Assembly: GCA_013812505.1 (NCBI GenBank)
Contig: JACCTH010000043.1
Location: 3,008-67,007, forward strand
Length of the DNA stretch: 64,000 nucleotides
Direction of reading: 5' to 3'
Origin: Acidimicrobiia bacterium
Lineage (GTDB): Bacteria > Actinomycetota > Acidimicrobiia > Spongiisociales > ZC4RG35
The translations under genes were made by a program, and so were the position numbers. The notes beneath the pieces are model-generated. The model was not told where the DNA came from, did no database searches, and saw only the letters and a list, made by a program, of their open reading frames with translations. Shown piece after piece: positions 18,401 to 25,337 of the stretch (position 1 is its first letter; the number at the start of each line of letters is the position of its first letter).

Positions 18401-18508
18401 GTGAGCGGGATCAATCGCGGCGCCAACCAGCCGACCCCGTCGCTGGCCTGTCACGGGTGCGACTTCCTTCATGTCTGCCCCACCGGCCAGCGGTATGTCG
18501 GCGGCTAG
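15449..18508 (+). CDS. adnB: UvrD-like helicase / RecB-like nuclease subunit (AdnB-type)
   Basis: Walker A AGAGTGKTA, LDEYQDTNPAQ, VHRAKGLEWDVVF, C-terminal GRIDAIY...WEIVDFKTG and CHGCDFLHVCP. ATGA overlap with the adnA stop. Confidence 0.78.
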   Translation: MNPVPVPEQLAVVEYPLAPLRVAAGAGTGKTATIAMRIVRLVTELGIEPESILSITFTNKAAAELADRIRAALGTRVEGGREIEVHTYHGFAHQILREYGALVGVERATQVITPTFSRQLIEVVMAGVDLPSLNPANRANVDDIRSLGSALGDNLLVPDDIAVPDPAPHKAWESRTSLLKALRAYQHEKTRRGVVDYADLILAAHRLVESYPEVAGEIRSRYQAVMLDEYQDTNPAQRELLRKLFGNGFPITAVGDVDQTIYEWRGASSHNFIHFPSHFRTTAGEEAASLPLTLNRRSLPVVVEVANAVRSRTGSEQQLLRPLDANIGGEVAVSWHADAVLEAQEIARKIEELSTQYQWKQMAVLFRKNKDMTLVHDALRAAGIPVEVANLGGLLAVPEVADLHAWLRLLHDPEDTPALFRILFGARYRLGMGDLVHLTRWAKAQNRSQIADEDVELPLNTLLEATDHVDELADLRSPARAALGTFREEYRRLLVDAQGVSLVELCRRVLDATGAWNDLAAMPASSQLSARLNLYRFLDLAEDWSPLEGAPSLQAFLSHLGAMAEEKAEELDTARLSGEDAVTLVTVHRAKGLEWDVVFLPAVYQKNFPAGSMGFDNPFTKGRVLPYEYRLDREWLPAIDSQLSDDENNDLLREQHERQEWRIAYVATTRAKERLFVSGASWYGRTETNRRPSLPSELWEVIANHPATRVDSRPPPRHPPQPTVLRFEHEGPAPDPLFADGWEAAVRAEIESPGTAEETAVDHELFGVRKQEFQQMLFDLPAPLDPLAEETPTSSVTGLVTFASCPLRYHWSEVDRLPRISSAAARRGSLVHRAIELHNRGQVPLEDLETSDTDPLDAYEGTSSWNGFQKSRFAEVAPAMIEQPFQMRWDGLDIRGRIDAIYGDDDWEIVDFKTGSESPDPAVRAASLVQLQAYAIAASEGHLGRHPTGTIAVTFAYLGANGSEVTYQADGEWLAAALERIDEIVSGINRGANQPTPSLACHGCDFLHVCPTGQRYVGG

Positions 18509-18960
18509 ACCAGCCGGCCCGATCTCGTTTCGAGCAGGATCGTGACCGGTCCATCGTTGACCGAACGGACCGCCATTCGCGCCCCAAACCTTCCGCGCGC
18601 CACGACCACCCCGTCTTGCTCAACCCGTATCGCGACGGCTTCGACCAACGGCTCGGCTTCCTCGCCCGCCGCGGCGGCGGTGAACGACGGCCGGCGTCCT
18701 TTGACTGCGTCGCCGTAGAGCGTGAACTGGCTGACGACCAAAACCGAGCCGCCAACGTCTTTGACCGAAAGGTTCATGTGGCCGGCGTCGTCGGCAAAAA
18801 CCCGCAGCCCGGCGATCTTGGCGGCGATTGCCTGGGCGTCGGCCTCACTGTCGGATCGCGCCACTCCGACAAGGACCAGCAAGCCCGCATCGATCGCCCC
18901 GACGATCTCGCCATCGACCTCAACCGAGGCTCTGGCTACCCGTTGTACAACCGCCTTCAT
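18505..18960 (-). CDS. dtd: D-aminoacyl-tRNA deacylase
   Basis: MKAVVQRVARASVEVDGEIVGAIDAGLLVLVGV...VSQFTLYGD...GRRPSF is the canonical Dtd pattern. ATG 18960 preferred over GTG 18963. Confidence 0.9.
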   Translation of the reverse strand: MKAVVQRVARASVEVDGEIVGAIDAGLLVLVGVARSDSEADAQAIAAKIAGLRVFADDAGHMNLSVKDVGGSVLVVSQFTLYGDAVKGRRPSFTAAAAGEEAEPLVEAVAIRVEQDGVVVARGRFGARMAVRSVNDGPVTILLETRSGRLV

Positions 18961-18975
18961 CACTCCCCTTCTCGC

Positions 18976-19009
18976 GCATCAAACGCAGGCTATAGCCTGC
19001 GTTTGATGC
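18976..19009. promoter_or_regulatory. Perfect 34-bp palindrome in the dtd/plsB divergent region (candidate operator)
   Basis: gcatcaaacgcaggcta|tagcctgcgtttgatgc: 17-bp arms, no mismatch, checked base by base. The right arm contains the plsB ATG (19006). Confidence 0.6.
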
Positions 19010-21186
19010 ACCAGAAGCGAGTTGTCTTGGCCGATGCTTCCAGCCAGGTCGAGAACCGACTGATAAGGGAGTGGGTCGCGGATAACACGCCGGCGGGGAC
19101 CGAGATCATCCGTCTGGCCCCCTCGCGCCGTCGCAAGGCGCGACGGAGCACGGAACCACAGATTGAAGAACGGGCAGGACGGGGCGATAACCCTTTCTTC
19201 CTCCCGGTGAGGGTGGTGTGGTCGCCGTCGGCGCGATCGGGTGACCGCCGCGTCTCCTGGTGGGATGTGCTCAAGCTCGGCGACCCGCGTGATCCCGATG
19301 TGTTGCGGCAGCGGGTGATCCTGGCCCGGTGGCCTGATCGGGTCGCGGTAGTCAGTGGAGAGGGGGCAACGGCGGAACAACTCCTGGCCGATCGCGCCAC
19401 GTCGTCGAGCCCAATGTTCATCACGAGGCGGGCGTGGCGAGCGCTCGATCGGGCCGAGCGAGCCTTGCGGGGGGATAGGTACAAGGTGCCGAAGTTCCTC
19501 CACGAAGAAATGGCCACGAGCCCCGAGTTCTTGGCTGGAGCCAAACGGTACGGAGCAGAACGAGGACTCAGCCCTCACACGGCCGAGGCTCGCGCTCGTC
19601 ACTACTTGCGCGAGATCGCGGCTTCGCACAGCCCGTTTGTCATCGACCTCGTCGCCAATGTGATCCATTGGATGATCAAGCAGGGCTATGGAGCTGTTCT
19701 CTATGACCGGCAACGAGTCGCCGAGCTGAACGCGATCGGACGCGAGCTTCCCCTAGTCTTTTTGCCCGCCCATCGATCGAACCTAGATCGTCTCTCCCTC
19801 CAGTTCCTGAAATGGGAGAACGATCTCCCGCCAAACCACACCGCCGGCGGAATCAACATGAACTTCTTCCCGGTCGGCCCACTCGTCCGCAGAACCGGCG
19901 TGTTCTTCATCCACCGCAGCTTCAAAGGCAACGACCTCTACCGGTTCGTACTTAAGTCGTACATCGACTACCTGATTGAGAATCGCTTTCCTCTCGAGTG
20001 GTACATGGAAGGCGGCAGGTCACGGTCGGGAAAGCTGCTCCCGCCCAAGTACGGCCTGCTCTCTTATGTCGTCGACTCGTGGAAGTCCGAGAAAAGCGAA
20101 GACGTGATGTTGGTCCCGGTCTCGATCGTCTACGACCAGATCCAGGATCTCGGCTCGTATACCGACGAGGCGCAAGGAGGTTCCAAGGAAGGGGAGTCGT
20201 TTAGCTGGGCGCTCAAAATGATCGGCTCGCTCCGCCGACGCTATGGCGACATCCACATTCGTTTTGGCGAGCCCGTGTCAGTGGCGAAGACGATGAGCGT
20301 TGTCGACAAGGGCGATGACGCCAACAATTTGGCCAAGCTCGGTTTGGAGGTGATGCACCGGGTGGCCGCGGTCACGCCGATAACCCCTGCCGCCGTAGTC
20401 TCGATCGGCCTGCTCCAAAACAAGGGACAAGCGCGATCCCTTTCCGAACTCCTAGCGGTTTGTCGATCGGTCGTCGACTTAATAGCCGAGCTCAAATTGC
20501 CTACCACTGAAAAGCTCATCCTCGAAAATGAGGCGGCGGTTGGCCGAGTGCTGCGGCTCCTCGCAGAGCACGGCAACGTTTCTTCCCACGCTGGCCCCGA
20601 GCATCTCTTCTATTTGAACCCCAACCAGGCGCTGCGCGCCGGCTACTACCGCGGCCTGGTCGCCCATCACTTCCTGCCTAGGGCCATCCTCGAGATGGCC
20701 CTAGAGGACCAGGTCGGAAAGTTGAGTGAGACCCGACTTTGGCGCCGGGTCGGCGAGCTGCGCGACCTGTTGAAGTTTGAGTTCTTCTTTCCCGAGAAGG
20801 ACGAGTTCCGCAACGCGATCGCCCTCGACCTCGATTCGATAGATCCCGAGTGGCGGGAGTCCAAACCGAAAGCCCTTCTCAAGATGCTCGACCCGAAGAC
20901 GGCGCCGTGGGCGATTCGACCGTTTCTCCAGTCCTACCTGGTCGTGGCTGACGAGCTGGCCACCGGACCGGGTGCATTGAGGAACGAGTCGGCCTTTCTC
21001 AAGGCTTGCCTGAGTCGGGGCGAGTCCTACCGCCTCCGTGGGCTGATCGAAGCGGACGGGGTGTCGACGATCATCTTCCGCCAGGCGCTGGGCCTCGCCC
21101 AGAATCGTGAACTCCTTGGCGAGGATGCCATCGCCGGGAGACAGGCTCTCGCCGCCGAGGTGCGCCGAGCGCTCAGGGTCGAGTGA
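19006..21186 (+). CDS. plsB: Glycerol-3-phosphate acyltransferase, PlsB type
   Basis: 726 aa from ATG 19006. HX4D acyltransferase motif FLPAHRSNLD, then YMEGGRSRSGK and VPVSIVYD. Confidence 0.82.
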   Translation: MHQKRVVLADASSQVENRLIREWVADNTPAGTEIIRLAPSRRRKARRSTEPQIEERAGRGDNPFFLPVRVVWSPSARSGDRRVSWWDVLKLGDPRDPDVLRQRVILARWPDRVAVVSGEGATAEQLLADRATSSSPMFITRRAWRALDRAERALRGDRYKVPKFLHEEMATSPEFLAGAKRYGAERGLSPHTAEARARHYLREIAASHSPFVIDLVANVIHWMIKQGYGAVLYDRQRVAELNAIGRELPLVFLPAHRSNLDRLSLQFLKWENDLPPNHTAGGINMNFFPVGPLVRRTGVFFIHRSFKGNDLYRFVLKSYIDYLIENRFPLEWYMEGGRSRSGKLLPPKYGLLSYVVDSWKSEKSEDVMLVPVSIVYDQIQDLGSYTDEAQGGSKEGESFSWALKMIGSLRRRYGDIHIRFGEPVSVAKTMSVVDKGDDANNLAKLGLEVMHRVAAVTPITPAAVVSIGLLQNKGQARSLSELLAVCRSVVDLIAELKLPTTEKLILENEAAVGRVLRLLAEHGNVSSHAGPEHLFYLNPNQALRAGYYRGLVAHHFLPRAILEMALEDQVGKLSETRLWRRVGELRDLLKFEFFFPEKDEFRNAIALDLDSIDPEWRESKPKALLKMLDPKTAPWAIRPFLQSYLVVADELATGPGALRNESAFLKACLSRGESYRLRGLIEADGVSTIIFRQALGLAQNRELLGEDAIAGRQALAAEVRRALRVE

Positions 21187-22333
21187 TCGCGACTCGCAAG
21201 CGCCAAGAAGCAAAGAGGATCAGCACCACGGCGTAGGCGGCCAGCACACCCAGCTCGGGGGCGATGTCAATGATGTTGCCCTGGTCCCTGATCTTGGCAA
21301 ACGCATCTGAGGCCCAGGCATGGGGAGTGAAGTGAGCGATTCGCTGCAGAGTTGGTGAGAACAGTTGCAGTGGCAGCATCGCCCCGCCCAAGGCGGCCAT
21401 CCCCAGCCCCACCATGATTCCAACTCCGGCTGCTTGCTCGGCGTTGCGGAAAAGGGTGCCGATCACCATCGCCGCGCCGGCTCCTACCGCCGAAAACACC
21501 AGGACAATCGCAATGGCGGCAACCGGGTCGCCCCAATGGACACCGAAGATGAGCAGCGCGCCGATCATGATGTAGATCCCCTGCAGCGCCACCACCGCGA
21601 ACCGGCCCAATGCCTCGCCGCCGATGATCGTGGTCACCGAAGTAGGAGTCGAAAGCATGCGTCGGGAGAGACCGAGCTGACGCGTCTGGATGAGGACCGC
21701 GCCTCCCGAAAGGGCAGTGATGAACATGAAGAGGATCAGTTGGCTCGACGCTCCGAGATCGAATCGTCCGAGACTGGCCGGGAAGAGCGACTCGCCCACG
21801 GTCTCCTCGGTGACCTCCGCGGCCGGGATTCCGTTCTCCACCTGTTGGGCGAGGGCGACGCTCGTCGGGAAGTCGCCGAGGCCTTGGACACTGACAAAGG
21901 CGGCGGCGTTCGCAGCCAAGAGGCTGCGTTGGACGACCTCGCCGACCACCGGCGCCAGGGCAGCGCCCGTGCCTCCGGGGCGAGCAATGAAGCCAAGCTC
22001 GGCGGGTTGACCTGCGGCCAGGCTTTGGTCGAGTCCTGCCGGAATGGTGAGGGCGGCGTCGAGGTTCCCGCGCTCCACCTGGTCGACCAGCTCGGCTTCC
22101 GTCCGCAGCGGCACGACTTCGAGGCCGGGCTCGGCCTCGAGGGCGTCAACGATCTCGGTCGCAGTCGTGCCTTCCTCGGTGGCGAGAACCCCGACCTGGG
22201 GTAGGAAATCGCCGCCGAATTGGAGCCCGATGAGGAGGATCAACGCCAGCGGGAAGATGAAAACGAAGAAGTAAGTCGAGCGGTCCCGGAACAGACGCTT
22301 GAGGTTCACCCAGGCGATGGTGAAAGGCTTCAT
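21173..22333 (-). CDS. ABC-2 type exporter permease
   Basis: N-terminal TM, a large extracytoplasmic loop, then 5 C-terminal TMs. ATGA overlap with the upstream permease gene. ATG 22333 (MKPFTIAWVNLKRLFRDRS). Confidence 0.8.
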   Translation of the reverse strand: MKPFTIAWVNLKRLFRDRSTYFFVFIFPLALILLIGLQFGGDFLPQVGVLATEEGTTATEIVDALEAEPGLEVVPLRTEAELVDQVERGNLDAALTIPAGLDQSLAAGQPAELGFIARPGGTGAALAPVVGEVVQRSLLAANAAAFVSVQGLGDFPTSVALAQQVENGIPAAEVTEETVGESLFPASLGRFDLGASSQLILFMFITALSGGAVLIQTRQLGLSRRMLSTPTSVTTIIGGEALGRFAVVALQGIYIMIGALLIFGVHWGDPVAAIAIVLVFSAVGAGAAMVIGTLFRNAEQAAGVGIMVGLGMAALGGAMLPLQLFSPTLQRIAHFTPHAWASDAFAKIRDQGNIIDIAPELGVLAAYAVVLILFASWRLRVAITRP

Positions 22334-23487
22334 CTCGACACCTGCTTTCTGATTACGAAGGCCGCGACGAGGGCGGTGACTGCGGCGATCACGAAGAGCC
22401 AACCCGCGGCGGGAAGCGCGGCGCCCACCCCGCCGCCGCTGGCCAGGTCGGAGAGGCCGCGGTTGAACCAATAATGAGGTGTCAACGCGGTCAACCGAGC
22501 GAGGATGCCGCCGTCCTGTCCGATTGGGAAGAAGGCGCCTCCCAGCAGACCCAGTACGGTCCCGACGATCCCCTGGATGTTTCCGGCTTGCTCGGCAGTT
22601 TTGGCGAAGCCGCTCGTGACGGCGGCAATACCAACCGCAGCGAGCACGCCCACGACAACCAAGAGCGCCACTCCGAGCGGGTCACCCCATTTAGCGTCCA
22701 TCAGCAAGATCCCGGCGATGATCAGCACGACTAGCGAGACGATGCCGAGCACGACCGAGACGGCGGCTTTGGCACCGAGGATCGAGGCCGGTCGCGTTGG
22801 AGTCGACAGCATCCGATCGAGCGTGCCCCCGTTACGTTCCTCGAGCAGGCTCAAGAATCCGGCCTGCGCAGTGAAGAGGAGAAAGAACATTGCCATTCCG
22901 GCAACCGTCTGCGTATTGAGATCGAGCTGACGGATCTCGGCTTCGATCTCGCCCAGGGAGACGAGCGACTGACCGGAGCTGGCCAGCGCAGCCGGTACCA
23001 CGGTGGCGGGGTCGCCACCAGCCGCGATGGCCGAGGCGATGCTGACCTGGGTCTGTCTTAGCGAATGGGCGTAACCGCGGGCGATCCCGGCCGCGATGTC
23101 GCCGGTGATTCCCGCGTCGATCCCGGAGATCACGCCGATCGTCCCGATGCGGCCCGTAGCCAACCCCGAATCGAAGTCGTCCGGCACCACGAAGACTGCG
23201 TGGAGCTCCCCCTCCTCGATCGCGGTCTCGGCTTCGGACTTGGAACCGAGCTCTTGCCACGACGCTCCAACCTGTTGTGCGATGTTCGCCAACACTTGGG
23301 CACTGTCGACGCTTTCCGTATCCACGATCCCGAGCTGAGGCTCGGCCACGTCGGAGAACGCCGAACCGAAGACGGTGTTGAAGATGAAGGCCAGCGCCAG
23401 CGGGGCCAGGAGCCCGATGATGAAGAACGACTTATCCCTGATTCGCAGCCGCAGATCCTTAGCAGTGATGAGAAGAAAGTTCCTCAT
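22330..23487 (-). CDS. ABC-2 type exporter permease (paralog)
   Basis: MRNFLLITAKDLRLRIRDKSFFI; same architecture as the neighbouring permease. ATGA overlap with the ATPase gene. Confidence 0.8.
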   Translation of the reverse strand: MRNFLLITAKDLRLRIRDKSFFIIGLLAPLALAFIFNTVFGSAFSDVAEPQLGIVDTESVDSAQVLANIAQQVGASWQELGSKSEAETAIEEGELHAVFVVPDDFDSGLATGRIGTIGVISGIDAGITGDIAAGIARGYAHSLRQTQVSIASAIAAGGDPATVVPAALASSGQSLVSLGEIEAEIRQLDLNTQTVAGMAMFFLLFTAQAGFLSLLEERNGGTLDRMLSTPTRPASILGAKAAVSVVLGIVSLVVLIIAGILLMDAKWGDPLGVALLVVVGVLAAVGIAAVTSGFAKTAEQAGNIQGIVGTVLGLLGGAFFPIGQDGGILARLTALTPHYWFNRGLSDLASGGGVGAALPAAGWLFVIAAVTALVAAFVIRKQVSR

Positions 23488-24428
23488 ACGTCGCGCAGAG
23501 CCTTTCCGGTCAAGTGCAGAAAGACCGCTTCGAGGTCGGGCTCTTCGATCGTCACCCCAGAAACCGAGATGCCGTTTTGGCTCAGCTCGCTGAGAATCAC
23601 AGGCAGCAAACGGCCGGCTTCCACCACGAGCAGAGTGATTCCCTGATCGTCGGCGCCGGCTTCCTCGACTCCTTCGAGGCCACTGAGCCGGCGAGCAGCC
23701 TCTTGGAGTTGGCCACCAGCAGCGGCGATCGTGACTCGATCCTTCTGACCGACCAGATTCACCAGCTCGCGGCGGGTGCCTTCAGCTTTGATTCGGCCCT
23801 GGTCAATTATTCCCACGCGGTCGCAGAGACGCTCGGCCTCTTCCATGTAGTGGGTGGTGTACAGCACGGCCATCCCTTCCCCCGACAACGCTTCCACTGC
23901 TTCGAGGATCGCATTGCGCGATTGGGGATCGACTCCGACCGTCGGTTCATCGAGGATGAGCAACTCGGGACCGTGGAGCAATCCAATCCCGATGTTGAGC
24001 CGGCGCTTCATGCCGCCCGAGTACTCCTTGGTGAGGTCGTCGGCACGGTCGGTCAACCCGATCATCTCCAGCACTCGATTCGACCGCTCCTTGACCTCGT
24101 TGTTGTCCATGCCGTAGAGGCGGCCAAAGAAGTGGAGGTTCTCCCGCGCCGTGAGATCCGGGTAAATCGCCAGGTCCTGGGGCACCAGACCCATCCTCCG
24201 CTTGGGTCCGATCGCTGAAGGCGAGATCGTCTCCCCACCGACTTCGACCTTGCCGGCGTCCGCCTCGAGCAGGCCGGCGATGATCGAGATCGTTGTCGTC
24301 TTGCCGGCGCCGTTGGGGCCCAACAAGCCATAGGTCTCACCCGGGGCGATCGAGAATCCAACGCCATCGACTGCCACGAGGTCGCCAAAGCGCTTGGCCA
24401 GATCGTGGGCTTCCATCACATTTGCCAT
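23484..24428 (-). CDS. ABC transporter ATP-binding protein
   Basis: Walker A GPNGAGKTT, signature YSGGMKRR, Walker B LLILDEPT. Confidence 0.92.
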   Translation of the reverse strand: MANVMEAHDLAKRFGDLVAVDGVGFSIAPGETYGLLGPNGAGKTTTISIIAGLLEADAGKVEVGGETISPSAIGPKRRMGLVPQDLAIYPDLTARENLHFFGRLYGMDNNEVKERSNRVLEMIGLTDRADDLTKEYSGGMKRRLNIGIGLLHGPELLILDEPTVGVDPQSRNAILEAVEALSGEGMAVLYTTHYMEEAERLCDRVGIIDQGRIKAEGTRRELVNLVGQKDRVTIAAAGGQLQEAARRLSGLEGVEEAGADDQGITLLVVEAGRLLPVILSELSQNGISVSGVTIEEPDLEAVFLHLTGKALRDV

Positions 24429-24740
24429 CTATTTCTCCTTGACTCCAACTCGATTGATCAACTCCTGCATTGCCCGCAGATGCTCGTTCAATGCCTTGCG
24501 TCCGCGCCGTGTCGCATCGACGATCGTCCTCGGTTTCCGGCCTTCAAAGGTCTTCTTGATCGACACCAAACCCTGTTCCTCGAGCACCGACAGGTGACGG
24601 CTGAGGTTGCCGTCGGTGAGATCGAGCACCTCCTTCAGATATCCGAAGTCGACGAAATCGGCCTCGGCCAGCACCGCCAGAATCCCCAACCGATTCTTCT
24701 GGTGGATGACCTCATCGAGCGATCGGCTCGGATGGGTCAT
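24429..24740 (-). CDS. Winged-helix transcriptional regulator (ArsR/HTH_34-like)
   Basis: IHQKNRLGILAVL..FGYLKEVLDLTDGNLSRHLSVLEEQGLVSIKK. ATGA overlap with the upstream membrane gene. Its stop abuts the ATPase start. Confidence 0.78.
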   Translation of the reverse strand: MTHPSRSLDEVIHQKNRLGILAVLAEADFVDFGYLKEVLDLTDGNLSRHLSVLEEQGLVSIKKTFEGRKPRTIVDATRRGRKALNEHLRAMQELINRVGVKEK

Positions 24741-25294
24741 GACCTTCTTGCCCAAAGCCACAGCCCAAACGACGTGGCGGCGGTGATCAAGGTGAAGATC
24801 ATCGCCAGCACCGGATAGAGCTGGAAAGTGTCCTCAGTGGTGAGTCCGAGCAGCAGCGCCAGCAAGCTCAGCGCGGCAAACAGCGCCGCCGCCAACGGCT
24901 GGCGATCGATCCAGGAAAGCACGGCGAAGCCAACCCCCAACACCACCCAGACGGCGACCACGATCGCCTCGTCGGGCAGTACAAACGAGGCCACCATGTT
25001 GACGATCCCGATGCCGATGCCCGTAACCGCGTAGGGCCAGGACTTAGCGCCAACCCTGTCGTCGTTGACATTGCGGTAGGCGAGGTACATCCCCAAGTAG
25101 CCGAGCGGCACTCCGATCACCCAGTACCAACCAGCCAAGTCGGAGAGAAAGCTCGAGAAAAAGGCCCCGAGGAAAACCACCGACCACACCGCGAGGTAGC
25201 GCCATGATTCCCCGCGTACATCAAGCTTCGTCTTTCGCTGGATGCGGGCGAGCTCCTCGAGCAGCTCCGACGAAGGGGTGAGCGGTTCTTCCAT
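24737..25294 (-). CDS. Integral membrane protein (about 5 TM), first gene of the regulator/ABC operon
   Basis: 185 aa, hydrophobic throughout after a charged N-terminal ~30 aa. No recognisable motif. Confidence 0.65.
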   Translation of the reverse strand: MEEPLTPSSELLEELARIQRKTKLDVRGESWRYLAVWSVVFLGAFFSSFLSDLAGWYWVIGVPLGYLGMYLAYRNVNDDRVGAKSWPYAVTGIGIGIVNMVASFVLPDEAIVVAVWVVLGVGFAVLSWIDRQPLAAALFAALSLLALLLGLTTEDTFQLYPVLAMIFTLITAATSFGLWLWARRS

Positions 25295-25295
25295 G

Positions 25296-25332
25296 ACAAA
25301 GTACTTTACGCTACAAAGTACTTTGCTATCAA
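25296..25332 (-). promoter_or_regulatory. Promoter TTGATA-N18-TAAAGT with two copies of the palindrome AAAGTACTTT (candidate operator pair)
   Basis: On the minus strand: TTGATA (25332-25327), TAAAGT (25308-25303), ATG at 25294. Palindromes at 25298-25307 and 25315-25324; 12-nt direct repeat ACAAAGTACTTT. Confidence 0.55.
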
Positions 25333-25337
25333 GAGCC

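Noticed and set aside
18364-19005. N-terminal 214 codons of the 940-aa ORF (18364-21186)
   Set aside because: This part overlaps the 3' end of adnB and is antisense to all of dtd. It is Arg/Pro-rich and low in complexity. PlsB-like sequence begins at ATG 19006.
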